64,000 nt of DNA from Squalus acanthias (lineage: Eukaryota): the NCBI GenBank assembly GCA_030390025.1, contig CM059431.1:140618001-140682000 (forward strand), read 5' to 3'. Shown here one piece after another: positions 37,251-50,680 of the stretch (the stretch's first letter is position 1; the number at the start of each line of letters is the position of its first letter). Below the pieces are notes generated by a model. The model was given only the letters and a program-made list of their open reading frames with translations. It had not been told where the DNA came from and did no database searches. Both the position numbers and the translations under genes were made by a program.

Positions 37251-38046
37251 CTAAACAAACAGCCAGAGTGAAAAACAAACTGAATCAAACCCCGGATCTG
37301 ATACAATTTCTCTCTCTCTGATATTAAAGGAAACACTGAAAAAACTTCAGGAAATTAATAACCAGCCTTTCCTGTCACTGACAATGAATCTTACTCTGTC
37401 CAACTCCCCACCACCTTCTGTCTCAGAGGCGCGAGTATTGCCAGCAGGGCGAAGAGATGGTGGATGTATTGGAGAGTTTTAAGGGCGGTGTCATTGATGA
37501 GTTAAGATAACATACTGACGCCCGGTGGGGAAAGCTCAGCTCGCCCACTGGCGGTTCGCTGCCTGAAAGCTGTGATTCGCTCTTTGTTACTGAATGTTTG
37601 GTGTTTCTGCTCCTCTCTCCGACACACGCTGACAGTCCGATGACGGTCACTGGCCCTACACCTCGGGAATAGGGTGGGATGCTCCACGGACTGCTGTAGT
37701 TAGTGTCGGCCTACATGCCTGTAACAGTGAGAAGGAGCCTCTTCAATTAATGTATCTTAGACAGTGAGAGAACAATAAATATGATTTATTGTAATTAAAT
37801 CAGACTCTGACATGTATTTGCTGATCCGACAAAGACTAAAATTCATACTTGTTCACAAAAATCCATTTTAGATTTTCCAGTCCATAGGGAATTACTAACC
37901 GATCCTCTTATTATTGGTCATATTTGTGTTGAATCTGCTTCTCTCTGGTTTAACTGAACTGTTTGTTTCCCTCCATTACGGAGCAACAACACAATCCGTG
38001 ACTGTTCTACAATTCGTCCAACAGTTAGAGACAAATAAACAGTTAC

Positions 38047-39784
38047 CTCAACACCCGGCATTTGTGTAGTATTGGTCCCAGCCGCTGGAGTCCTTCACAC
38101 TGAAAGTGGCAGTGCACCAGATCAAGGTGTTTTATTGTATCACAGAGTCCAAGGATATGAGACAGGACCGCACAGTCACTCGGAGTCAGTACCAATCCAC
38201 GAAATATAAGTGTTTCCGCAGATCCCACTGTGTCCCGAGCCAGTGTGTAATTCTGAGACTCAAACAGGTAGTGCAATGTGTTCAGGAGGTCCCTTTGACC
38301 AGTTTCCCTCTCTTTGTTCTCAATCTGTCCATCAACCTTCTCCTTCACCCAGTCAATCACTCGGCAGGTGGTTTGATGAAGAAATGGACCCAGGAACTCC
38401 TCCAGGGGCCGAGCTGCCTGTGGGGAGGAGAGACCAGCAACAAAACGGAGAAATATCTCAAATCGCCCATCTTCCTTGCTGTGGGATTCTCTGAGGAGTT
38501 TCCGGATGTCCCCGGGATCTGGAGTCAGGAGTTGAGCGAGTGCGGCTACAAACTCTTGGATGGTGAGGTGCGGGAATGTGTACACCACGCTCTGGGCAGA
38601 ATCATCACTCTCCAAAAGTTCCATCATGAACCCAGACAGGAACTGGGAAGGTTGCAGATTGTACTTGATCAAATCTCCATTTCTAAACACAATCTTCTTC
38701 TCGGAGACTCCTGTGAAGGCCATCTCACCGATCTTCAGTAACACATCACGGGGGCTTTCAATCGCTCGGCCATGGTTTCTCAGAATGTTGTAGATATAGT
38801 AGGAATATAGTTGGGTGATGGTCTTGGGAACTCGCTGCTGATTCCTGTCTCTTTGTGTAAAGAAGGGGCCCAGTGACAGACCGAGGATCCAGCAGTAGGA
38901 AGGGTTGTAGCACATGGTGAACAGGATCTCGTTCTCCTCCACATGTTTGAAAACAGCTGCTGTCACCGTCTGATCTTCAAAAAACTTGTTGAAATATTCC
39001 TTCCGTTCTTCATCAACAAATCCCAGGATTTCAGCCCAGACACTGATCTCAGCCTTTTCCAATAAATGTAATGCAGTGGGGCGGCTGGTCACTAGCACTG
39101 AACATCCTGGGAGCAGCTTGTGCTGTATTAAACTGTACACAATGTCAGACACTTCACACCAGCATTCGGGATCTGTGCACATGAATTGAGGTTCTGTATT
39201 TCTCCGATTGTCAGCAAAATCGATGCGGTCCTTGAATTCATCCAAACCATCGAATATAAACAGCAATCCCTCTGGGTTCTTCCAGAGCTCTCCCAGAATA
39301 TTCCAAAAGTAAGGATACTGATCCAGTATCAGATTCCTCAGATTAATTCTACAGTTAATTGCGTTCAAATCTCAGAATTTAAAACTGAAAACAAATTGAA
39401 AGTGTGGGTATATTTTCCCAGTGGCCCAGTCATAAACAATCTTTTGTACCATTGTTGTTTTTCCAATCCCCGCGACTCCACTCACTGCTGCTGAACTCCC
39501 AGAATTGGATTTTCTCCGGGAAAAACTGCTCTGGAACAATTGATCAGTTCGGATTTTCTCCAATTCTGTCCAGAGATGTTTCTCTCTCCACTCTTCATGG
39601 TCTCGGCCTCTTGCCAGCAGTTCATGTTCTGCAAGTGTCCGATCTCGAACAGTAGAAATGACCGTTAGCTCAGCGTATCGATCAACCAGCTGGAAAACCT
39701 TAACCTTCTCCTGTATTAGGATAGTGTTCACTCTCAGTGTTTCAGTTTGTACCCGGAGTGTTTCCTTGTGTTTCTGTTGAAGAT
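38047..39784 (-). CDS. NACHT exon of NLR (interrupted by TGA at 39372-39374)
   Basis: Walker A GVAGIGKT, Walker B LLFIFDGLDE, sensor VLVTSRP, winged-helix YTFPHLTIQEFVAA, FLRFVAGL. Confidence 0.95.
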
Positions 39785-40259
39785 CTTCAATTAGAACAGA
39801 CAGAAAATGGATGTCAACATTAGTTGCATTGACATAAAAACTTCTCAATACCACTTTAGTATTCAGTAAAATATTGAAAGGATTAATTCAGTTTCAATAA
39901 AGGTGTGTGTAGAAATTAAAACTCATTTAATGGAAACCTCGCTTGAAAGTGAACAATGGCCGAGAAAAGTTTCCAATCCTCACTTGATTCTAATATTCAC
40001 TGAACACGGATAATTCTATGAAGGTGATATTTTCCCTCTGATGGTTAATACTATCCAGCCTGCCCTGTGCTATAGACATCTCATTATAAATACACACATG
40101 ATCCTGGTTATACGACAGTAGAGGTTCTAGTGGATCAATCTTTGAATCCGTCGGAAACGGGATTGGTTGCTCACCGAGAGGGACAATGTGCAGAAGATCC
40201 ACTGTTACTTTTATCAGGCCTTGAGCATGTTTTCTGGCCTTGAGCATGTTTTCTGAGTT

Positions 40260-40500
40260 AGTCTGGGCACTGGGAGAGGGACAGACTGTGAATGTACAGA
40301 AGTTCCACCGTTAGTGTCTCAGGTCCTGGGCAGGTTATCTGGGGTAGTGTGTGCACTGGGAGAGGGACAGACTGTGAATGTACAGAAGTTCCACCGTTAG
40401 TGTGTCAGGTCCTCGGCAGGTTATCTGGGGTAGTGTGGGCACTGGGAGAGGGACAGACTGTGAATGTACAGAAGTTCTACCGATAGTGTGTCAGGTCCTA
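40260..40500. repeat. 86-bp tandem repeat, about 2.8 copies
   Basis: gcactgggagagggacagactgtgaatgtacagaag recurs at 40267, 40353 and 40439. Confidence 0.9.
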
Positions 40501-40922
40501 GGCATGCATTATCTGCACATCTAATCAGCTAATCACAGCAAGAATGTTATTGCAATGAGGAAAACAGAGAAGAATAAGATGATCACGTGTGTCAGAAATG
40601 AAGGCAGAGGAAAGGGTGCGGGCATTGGATTGGTTTTGTTTTGTTTGGAAGAAGAGACTTCAGAATAAAACTGGACAGATCATCCGGCATTGACCTCGGC
40701 TTCTGACACGACAACGGAACTGGAAATATATCGCCGTTCCTTCATCGACGCTGTGTCAAAATCCTGGAACTCCCTACCAAACAGCACTATGAGAGTACCT
40801 TCACCACACGGACTGCTGCGGTTCAAGAAAGCAGCTCACCACCACCTTCTCAAAGGCAATTAGGGATGGGCAATAAATGTTGGCCTTGCAGCGACGCTCA
40901 CATCCCAGGACTGAAAAAAAAA

Positions 40923-41688
40923 ATCCTGCCAGGTGTGTATGGGGTTTCACAGTGTATCAGGATCCTGCCAGGTGTGTATGGGAATTCACAGTGTATCAGG
41001 ATCCTGCCAGGTGTGTATGGGGTTTCACAGTGTATCAGGATCCTGCCAGGTGTGTATGGGAATTCACAGTGTATCAGGATCCTGCCAGGTGTGTATGGGG
41101 TTTGACAAAGTATCAGGATCCTGCCAGGTGTGTATGGGGTTTCACAGTGTAGCAGGATCCTGCCAGGTTTGTATGAGGCTTCACAGTGTATCAGGATCCT
41201 GCCAGGTGTGTATGGGGTTTCACAGTGTATCAGGATCCTGCCAGGTGTGTATGGGGTTTCACAGTGTATCAGGATCCTGCCAGGTGTGTATGGGGTTTCA
41301 CAGTGTATCAGGATCCTGCCAGGTGTGTATTGGGTTTCACAGTGTATCAGGATCCTGCCAGGTGTGTATGGGGAGTCACAGTGTATCAGGATCCTGCCAG
41401 GTGTGTATGGGGTTTCACAGTATCAGGATCCTGCCAGGTGTGTATGGGGTTTGACAAAGTATCAGGATCCTGCCAGGTGTGCATGGGGTTTCACAGTGTA
41501 TCGGGATCCTGTAAGGTGTGTATGGGGTTTCACAGTGTATCAGAATTCTGCCAGGTGTGTACGGGGTTTCACAGTGTATCAAGATCCTGCCAGGTGTGTA
41601 TGGAGTTTCACAGTGGATCAGGATCCTGCCAGGTGTGTATGGGGTTTCAGTGTACAGGATCCTGCCAGGTGTGTATGGGGTTTCAGCA
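40923..41688. repeat. Intronic minisatellite, 39-bp unit, about 20 copies
   Basis: atcctgccaggtgtgtatggggtttcacagtgtatcagg. Confidence 0.95.
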
Positions 41689-42108
41689 CTGATAGCGATC
41701 TGCACCTGGATTGATTGGAGCAATAAAAAACTTACAAATTTACAAATAATTCAGAAATCTGAGCAAATATTAACTGCAATTTATGCAGAATATTTGAAAA
41801 TTGACAAATCCAAATAAACTTTAATTCTGTTTCCCCAGCCTTTGAAATTTTGATTCCCAGATTTTGACAATCTCTAAACAAACGGCTACAGTTAAACATT
41901 CTGATTCTCAGGAGTGAAATAAACGGTTTGAAATCTCCATGTCCTCACTTACCTTTCAGGTGCCTGGGTACTTCGGATAAACCTCGTGCGATGTTCATGT
42001 AATCAAATGGATCAGAACCTGTTTAAATCAATTAGCTTTCATGAAATCTGATCTGTGTAATATTATAATAAAATCTGAATTTGTATTCAGTGTTTGATTT
42101 TACCGTAC

Positions 42109-45100
42109 CAAGTTCCTGTATTTCTCTCAGTATTTTGTCCAGCTTTGGCACCTCTTGGCGCATTTTCACAAAGGATTCCCACATCACCCTACGAGCCCGA
42201 GAGCCTTTCTCCATCACCAGATTTAGGAGAAGTTTGGAACTGTCCGCCCGGTTTCCCTTCTCCACGAGGTCAGTGACTTTCTGTAAAGAATAATTATGAA
42301 TATATTGAGGAGTGGAGTGAAAGACAAGCACCGAGAATGAGAAGGAAAGGATCTGCTCAGTGATGGGATCTCCCAGTTGTTTTGAGCACAGAAAGCAGTC
42401 ACTGGGCCGGGTACTGATCCATTCTGAACAGGGGCGGAATATTCTGTAAACATCTTGATTCACTCATTAACGGGAAATAAATCAGATGAAACTAAAATAG
42501 AAAATCAGAAATAATGTCTAGGAGAGTGAGGAATCACTGACAATCTGCAGTAGTTTTAATGAAATTAGTTTTCTCTGTCCTTCAGTGTCCAACATGACAT
42601 CAGATTCCTGATAGACAATATGATACACTTGTTTCTCACACTTACTTCCTGCTGTCACACTTTGATTTAATGAGAAGTAAACACAGCAGCGAATCTGAAC
42701 TGAAATGGCAGTTAAGGGATGATTCTTAAGTGAGGGAAAACTGTGAGAAATTACACCGACTAATTGAAACAACCGCTGGTGATTTATCGGTCAAGAGAAT
42801 CGACCAATAATAAGAACGTTGAAAAGTCCAATCACTTTTCCCCTCAGTAATTGAAATGTCTGACATGCATTATTTTGCACACCCGCTGCCAGTATGAACC
42901 CTCGGTAACTGGGAGCACATATCCAGCAATGGGGCTCGTGTAGTCAGGACATTCATCATCAAAGCTTACATTTATATAGCGCCTTTAACGTAGAAAAATG
43001 TCAAAAATCCCTTCACAGAGGCACAATCAGACAATGGAGGTCAAGTGCGGCAGTGTGCTGGTTATGTTACTGGACCAGTAATCCAGAGACAAGAGTTCAA
43101 ATCTCACTATGGCGGTTTGCGAATCTGTATCGGCAACATTTGGAAATAAAAAGCTGTTATCAGTAAAAAAAGACTGTGGTAAAACCTGATGACCTTTCGG
43201 TCTGGTCCATGTGTGACTCTAGTCCTTTACCAATATGGTGGCCTCTGAAATGGCCTAGCAAGCCGCTATAAAGAAGGGTATAGAAGAATAAACCCCGCTG
43301 CGCACTCAGCATCGGCATCAGATTCAGACACAACGAAGGAACACCCGGACCAGAACTCACTAACATCTGGGGCTAGTACCAAAGTGGGGAGAGGTGGACC
43401 ACACATTAGTCAAGTAAATGTGTGACGCAGTTATACTTACAAAATCATATTTATTCATCAAGATCCCTCAAGACTCCTCCATCAGCATCCCTGGGTGTGT
43501 CCTGTCCCACTGGAGAGTGACCCCGAGAGTCCTCAACATTGAAGTCTCATGGCTTCAGGTCAAACGTGGGCAAGGAAACCTCCTGCTGATTACCGCCTAC
43601 CACCCTCCCTCAGCCGATGAATCAGTGCTCCTCCATGTTGATCAACTCTTGGAGGAAGCACTGAGGGTAGTAAGGGCACAGAACGTACTCTAGGTGGGGG
43701 TGGGAGACTTTAACCAAGTGTTACCAAACGATTCGATCCACTCTACGTGATCAGGAAACGGCTGAGTGCACTGAACACAGCAAAGGCTATGAGCCCGACA
43801 ACATCCCGGCTATCATGCTGTAGACTTGCGCTCTAGAACTAGCCGCGCCTCTAACCAAGCTGTTCCAGTACAGCTACAACACTGGCATCTATCCGATAAT
43901 GCAGAACATTGCCCAGGTACGTCCTGTCCACAAAAAGCAGGACAAATCCAACCCGGCCAATTACCGCCCAATCAGTCTACTCTCAATCATCAGCAAAGTG
44001 ATGGAAGGGGTCGGCGACAGTGCTATCAAGAGGCACTTACTCACCAATAACCTGCTCACCGATGCTCAGTTTGGGTTCCACCAGGACCACTCGGCTCCAG
44101 TCCTTATTACAGCCTTGGTCCAAACATGGACAAAAGAGCTGAATTCCAGAGGTGAGGCGAGAGTGACTGCCATTGAGATCAAGGCAGCATTCGACAGAGT
44201 GTGTCATCAAGAAGTCCTATTAAAACTGAAGTCAATGGGAATCAGGTGGAAAATTCTCCACTGGCTGGTGTCATACCCTATGTTCCCTGTAATTTTTTTT
44301 GGCCCTGCACGGCCCCTTTAAGGGGCTGCGCCGGCCATTCAAAATACCGGGCATGCGCGGTTTTTACACTGAAATGCCGGCTGCCCAGGTTCCCTGGAGC
44401 ACTGCTCAGCCGCGCGCCTAACAGGGAGCACTGGTAATAACCAGTACAAAGGAAGATGGTTGTGGCCATTGGAGGCCAATCATCGCAGCCCCAGGACATC
44501 ACTGCAGGAGTTCCTCAGGTCAGTGTCTTGGGCCCAACTATCTTCAGCTGCTTCATCAATGACCTGCCCTCCACCGTAAGGTCAGAAAAGCGGCTGTTCC
44601 CTGATGATTGTACAGTTCGGCTCCATTCACAAATCCTCAGATAATGAAGCAGTCCATGCCTGCCTGCAGAAAGACCTGGACAACATCCAGGCTAGGTCTG
44701 ACAGGTGGCAAGTAACATTCGTGCCAAACAAGTGGCAGGCAATGGCTTTCTCCAACACGAGTCTCAGCACCTCCCTTTGTAAATCAATGGCCCTACCATC
44801 ACTGATCCCCCCCACCCCACCATCAACATCCTGGGGTTACAATTGATCAGAAACTTAACTGGACCAGCCACATAAATGCCGTGGCTACTAGAGCAGGTCA
44901 GAAGCTGGGTATTCTGCGGGGAGTGGCTCACCTCCCGACTCCCCAAAGCCTCTCCAACACGTATAAGGCACAGCTCAGGCGTGTAATGGAATACTCTCCA
45001 CTTGCCTGGAAGGGTGAAGAAAGAGTTTCCAGTCTCTGGGCCTGCGGCAAGGCCGTAATAATAGGGGCTCAGAGTGACTCTCTTTCAATGTCTTCAGTCT

Positions 45101-46646
45101 GAGTTAATAAAACAGCTGACGACGTTATCACCATTTTCCTCGTACATCAGACTCGGAGCGTTATAATCATGGCCATGTGCTTCTCTGACTGAAAGATAGG
45201 CTTAGCCTGGGCACTCATGTCCTTTGAGATACTGCTGGCTACTTGTGAAAGGTTTGGGGAGGAGGAAAGAGGGGGGGCTGGCTTTGTCACTAAAGGATTA
45301 ATGACGATGAGGTCGGGTGGGTAAAGTCGCTCAGGGCCCTGTTTATTTCTCCATTTCTCTCATGTGCCATCCGCCTCTGCCATTAATGGTGCTGTTATTT
45401 CAAGTCGCTGACTTTCATCGCCATGTTGAAGTTTGGTATCGAAATAAGAGTTAATGTTTCAGGTCAAAGACCGTTCGTCAGATCTGAAACGTTAATTCTG
45501 TTTCTCTCTCCACTGATGCGTCCTGACCTGCTGAGTAGTTCCAGCATCCGCAGTATTTTGCTTATGTAAATTTAGGAGTTAATAATCCTTCTTTACGCAA
45601 GGTGTAATAGAGCTATTAATAACTCATTTTATCCAGAAAAACACTTGTGTTACAGGGGGCCTGTGGAATTTTTATAATATGGGAGGGGGGCTTCGGAAGC
45701 AAAAAAGATCGAGAACCCCTGATCTACAGAATGCACTGCAGCAGTTCGCCAAGGATTCTTCGACAGCATCTCCCAAACTCAATACCACCACCACCTAGGA
45801 GAACAATTTTAGCAGGCATATGGGAACATCACCACCTCCAAATTCTCGTCCAAGTCACACACGATCCTGACTTCGACATATATCACCGTTCCTTCATCAT
45901 CGCTGGGTCAAAATCCTGGAACTGCCTACCTAACAGCACTGTGGGATTACCTTTACCACACAGAATGCAGCAGTTCAAGAGGAAGTTCAGCATCACCTTC
46001 CCAAAGGCAAATAGGGATGGACAATAGATGTTGGCCTTGCCAGCGCGCCCATGTCCCAGGAATGAATTGAAAAAGAGACAGGAGTAGAGATTAGTGGGGT
46101 GAGCAACAGCTAGATGAATATGCTAAGTTTTTAAGGAGGAGATGAAGAGAAGGATGGGTCGAGCAAATGAATTCCAGAGCGCGGGGCCTTAGGCAACTAA
46201 ATGCTCCGTCACCACTAGTAGGGTGAGGGCGTGCACAAGAGGCCAGAGTCAGAAGAAGAGAGCATTCTAGAGTTGTGGGACTGTTGTAGGGCTACAGGAG
46301 GTTACAGAGAAAGGGAGGGGTGAGGCCGTTGTGCCAGATTCACAATATTCTCAGTTTTATCCATTTCTTTCCTATTTGGCCTGTTTCTCTTCTGTAACAT
46401 TGTGATTCTAAGATCTGATATCCTGTCAGTTCTGTGATGTTTAAATAATCCAAACTCCTTCTGTGTCCCTTCCACTTACCCGATGTTCTTGTCCACTGAA
46501 ATGCCTCTCGTATGTTAACAACGAGCTGACTCCGTCCACCCCTCCTTCAATCGCCTGTTCCAGTCTGTCCCGGTAGAATTTCGTCAACTGGAACAGCTGG
46601 TAATCGTCGCACTCTGTCAAGAACTCAGTGATTGTAGAGTTCGGAT
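42109..46646 (-). CDS. Two exons (46480-46646, 42109-42280) encoding an N-terminal CARD-like death-fold domain
   Basis: FYRDRLEQAI...VSSLL...FSGQEH/RKV...SKLLLNLVMEKGSRARRVMWESF helical pattern resembles CARDs; the domain call is inferred. Confidence 0.6.
43270..45010 (+). mobile_element. Degraded CR1/Jockey-group LINE (second family) with endonuclease and RT remnants
   Basis: LLITAYHPPS, NPANYRPISLLSIISKVME, QFGF, IKAAFDRV, GVPQVSVLGP, LFPDD; the 3' part probably resumes at about 45730-46075. Confidence 0.85.
44278..44433. mobile_element. hAT-like MITE nested in the LINE
   Basis: TIRs ctatgttccctgt / acagggagcactg; degenerate 8-bp TSD gtcatacc / gtaataac; the LINE reading frame resumes after it. 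Confidence 0.6.
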
Positions 46647-48344
46647 CTGTGAACACAAATGGACAAAACTAAACACATTATCCACTTTCTATCCGGGCTA
46701 CATTATTTCCTCTAACACCAAACAGCTGAAGCCTCCTGTGAACCACATTGTCTGACACCTGAAAACCCATATACACCGCAAACGTGAAATTTCATCCAAC
46801 TATATTGTCACGTCTCAACAAAGCTGTATCAAATTTGTCAAATACGACTCGTCTACAGATAATCCGTTCCAGCCTCCCCTCAGCATCCCCTGTTGATCCT
46901 CGCTCCCTATTTTAACAGAGACATTGTTTGGGCTCCTTCAGGCCAACTGTGTATTTTGATACCAAAACGAGGATTGAAAAATTATGTTCAGAGTCCCTCC
47001 TATCTCCTCTCTGACTTCCTTTAATAGGCTGGGGTGCATTATCTCTGGGCTCACTGACTTATCCACCTAGGCTATTGAACCAAGATCCAAATCCTTCTCT
47101 ACAGTTATCTCTAAATATGGTCGCACATCCTCCTCTAGTACACCAACATTTTCACTTCCACCATCATTTTTAGAAACTAAATAGTTTGCATCTCCCAAAA
47201 CGTCATCCTCCAAAACTAGTTTCTCCAGTACCCCCTCTACCTCACCTCCACTGCTTGCTGGCCTGCAAAACCCACCAAGAATTGCGCTATTTCCCTTCCT
47301 ATTGCTGACGTGTGTACAAATGGATCCTATCTTAACATAGCTCCCTATATCATTATGTTCTGAACCGCTCCGCCTCTCTCCTCCTTTAAGACACGCCTTA
47401 AAACCTACCTCTTTGACCAAGCTTTTTGTCACCTGTCCTAATATCGCCTTATGCGACTTTGTGTCAAATTTTGTTTGAGAACGGTCCTGTGAAGCACCTT
47501 GGGATGTTTTACTACGTTAAAGGCACTATATAAATGCAGGTTTATTGTTGTTCTAGCATGGTCATAGAACCCTTTAATTAACCCCACTCCCCAGCTCTTT
47601 CCCCATAGCCCTGTATTTTTTTCCCTTAAGTATTTACCCAATTACCTTTTGAAAGTTATTATTGAATCTGCTTCCACCACTTTCAGGCAGTGCATTCCAG
47701 TTTACATGTTTCCTGATGTTCCCTCTGGTAATTGTGCTACTTACATAACACTCGATGCCAAATCCAATTTCTTGGAACATGGAACCGTTTTTGTTTTTAT
47801 CTTAAACCAAGTGACCAGCTCTCACTACTGCAATACCGCTTTATTTTTTTCTGCTAATAACGTTTCACTTTTTCATAAACCTGTTTAAGCACGCTCTCTC
47901 ATCTCAGAACCGGATATTTCTCACCCTCCATTCATAACCGCTGATACACGTCCACTGCTCCATTCACCTTTTGTGTAAAACCATTGTTGTTGGTCGGTAC
48001 AGATCACGGCCGTCCCTTCCCCCTGAACTCAAACCAACTGCCCCAAGAACGTGAACCCTTCCCTCCTGCTCCAGCCCTGCAGCCGCACATTGACCTGCCT
48101 CATAATTCCCTCCATAAGTGGCTCAGTGCAAAACAATCCGGAGATCACCACCTTGAGGCCTTGTTTTTTGGTTTAGAGCCTTAGTCTTAATATTCCTTCT
48201 ATAAACGTGTTTCAATCGGTGTTGCTGGTACCGACCATGGCTATTTTCTGCTCTCCTTTCCTTCCCATAGATGGTGCCACTGTTCCTGGATGTTCTTCTC
48301 TCTGGCACCAGGGAGGCATCTTACCATTCGGGACCTGCTCATAG

Positions 48345-49232
48345 GAACATAAGAAATAGGAGCAGGAGTAGGCCATTCGGCCCTTCGAGCCTGCTCCGCC
48401 ATTCAGTGAGATCATGGCTGATCTTCTACCTCAATTCCATTCACCGGCCCTATCGCCATATCCCTTGATGCCCCTACTAGTCAGAAATCTATCGACTTCT
48501 GTTTTGAAAATACCCAATGACTGAGCCTCCACAGCCATCTGGGGTAGAGAATTCCAAAGATTCACCACCCTCCTTGTGAAGAAATTTCTTCTCATCTCAG
48601 TCCTGAATGGCCTACCCTTTATCTTGAGGCTGTGGCCCCAGGTTCTAGACTCCCCAGCCAAGGGAAACATTCTCCCAGCATCCATCCTATCAAGCCCTGT
48701 AATAATTTTGTATGCTTCAATGAGATCCCCTCTCATTCTTCTGAATTCAAGAGAATACAGGCCTAGTTTACTCAATCTCTTCTCATGCAACAGTCCCGCA
48801 ATCCCAGGAATCAATCTCGTGAACCTTCATTGCACTCCCTCTATGGCAAGTATATCCTTCCTTAGGTAAGAAGACCAAAATTGTACACAGTACTCCAGGT
48901 GTGGTCTCACCAAGGCCCTATATAATTGGAGTAAGACTTCTTTACTCCTGCACTCAAATCCTCTTGTAATGAAGGCCAGCACACCATTTGCCTTCCTAAT
49001 AGCTTGCTGCACCTGCACATTCACTTTCAGTGACTCATGTACAAGGACACCCAGGTCCCTTTGAGCATCTGCATTCCCCAATCTTTCACCATTGAGGAAA
49101 TACTCTGCCTTTCTGTTTTATCTACCAAAGTGGATAACTTCACATTTATCCCCATTATATTCCATCTGCCATGTTCTCGCCCACTCACTAAACCTGTCGA
49201 GATCCCCTTGAAGCCTCTTCACATCCTCTTCG
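48345..49232 (-). mobile_element. CR1-clade LINE 3' fragment
   Basis: RDLGVLVH...[14 protein letters not shown]...YSLEFRRMRGDLIE. Confidence 0.92.
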
Positions 49233-49849
49233 CTCAAGGCTGCAGGCGACTCTGTCCATTACGCTGACTATAATATCTCCCACCACTATCGTTCTGCTCT
49301 TCCTCTGCCCCACCTGCCTCTCACCCCAGCCCCACTCGGGGTGGCTCCCTGGAGTCACACTGTTGCTCAGGAAGACCCTCCTCTGAGTCACTGTCTCCAT
49401 CCACCTTACAGTCCCCAATACCAGGGATCTATTGGACAGTTCCAGTACTCGGGGGCTCCCTCCACCTGTGACTGTGATGCCTCTCTAGATGGTCACTCAC
49501 TTCCCTCTTTCTAATCAGCCCCTGTCCTGTTCCCTCTTCCTGTGGGAGCTGCAGGATCTTGCAGGAGATCTGGACCCTTTGTCAGAACAGAAATTATATT
49601 TTAAAGTATTTTGTGAACCTACCTGTGTCCATTCTTGTTGAAGATGTTGGATCTTCTCCCCTGTTTGGACCTTCAGCCATGGCGGTGACAGGAGTTCCCA
49701 GATTCTGATGCTCTGTAATAAATATATTAATAGGAGGGTTAGATGGAAATATTAAACTGCGAAGGAGAACGTTGCCTTGTTAAACATGATTTCAAGTCCC
49801 TCCTCCCCCACCGGTACAACAGCTGTTAGCTCTGGGATCGAGCATTTCC

Positions 49850-50260
49850 CGAGTGTTACGATCGACTCTCCACATCAGGTGTGACACAGACAGCTGCCCA
49901 CTGAGTCCCGCTGATCTCCACAACCCCGCTCCAGCGATCATCCGTCACTCGGACATTTTATTTTCTCTTCCATCGAATTTTTCAGCATCATGCGCGTCAT
50001 CCGGGGACTGGGGGTGGGGCAGAAGCGAGCATGCGCACTGCGGCTGGAGAGCGCATACGCTGCATAAATTAATGAATACTAACTGAACACGCCCCTTCTA
50101 TTGGCTGCACACACTAGATTGACATGGCTGCCGACCATTAGGACTCCGCAGCGCCATAGAGCTCCGCCCACTGTGATTTGAACCGAGGCGGCGGTTAAAC
50201 CGCCACCGCGCGAGCTGAGCATTGTTATGGATGACGTCAGAGCCCCGCCCACGTCGATTG
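49850..50260 (-). promoter_or_regulatory. CpG-rich putative promoter/first exon of the NLR gene
   Basis: CpG-dense, upstream of the ATG exon; GC boxes (ccgccc at about 50165 and 50245), CRE TGACGTCA at about 50232, ATTGG at about 50100, GCGCATGC-like motif. Confidence 0.55.
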
Positions 50261-50418
50261 TGACTGAAAACAGAAAATGCTGCAAATACTCAGCAGGTCA
50301 GAGAGAATCACTGCAGAGAAACAGAGATCATGATGTGGAGATGCCGGCGTTGGACTGGGGTGGACAAAAATGAGAAGTCGCACAACACCAGGTTATAGTC
50401 CAACAGATTTATTTAATT

Positions 50419-50457
50419 TTACAAGCTTTCGGAGCAGTTCGCTCCTTCGTCAGGTAA
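50419..50457 (-). ncRNA. Minimal type-I hammerhead ribozyme motif in the pseudo-LTR
   Basis: UUAC CUGACGA a GGAGC gaacu GCUCC GAAA GC UU GUAA: stem I UUAC/GUAA, stem II GGAGC/GCUCC, palindromic AAGCUU stem III. Confidence 0.7.
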
Positions 50458-50680
50458 GTTTAGCAGTGAGAGAATCTCCCAGAATTCACAATTTAAACAC
50501 AGACAAAATATATTCAAATCTTTCCCTACATCAAAGAGCATAGCCAAGACAATGAGATGTGTCCCAGGGGGTCCAACGTGTCAAACCACCTGCTGGCTGC
50601 ATATCCTGTCAATCTGCGTAGGTTCTTGTGTTAGCCTTTAAAAAAAAAAAACACCTGGGAAGACCGGCCATGATGTCAAG

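Larger units (their letters stand above)
34145..49680 (-). pseudogene. NLR gene (CARD-like death fold + NACHT + ribonuclease-inhibitor-type LRRs), 1137 aa if repaired; one in-frame TGA at codon 292
   Basis: Coding exons 49623-49680, 46480-46646, 42109-42280, 41953-42018, 38047-39784, 37164-37250, 36860-37030, 36556-36726, 36249-36419, 35945-36115, 35006-35176, 34441-34608 and 34145-34247. All are AG/GT with compatible phases (3414 nt). Kozak GCCGCC-like CCGCCATGG start. Confidence 0.85.

Noticed and set aside
40866..41817. Cys-rich repetitive ORFs (SGSCQVCMGFHSV)
   Set aside because: Translations of an intronic 39-bp minisatellite with frame-breaking indels and no splice or start context.
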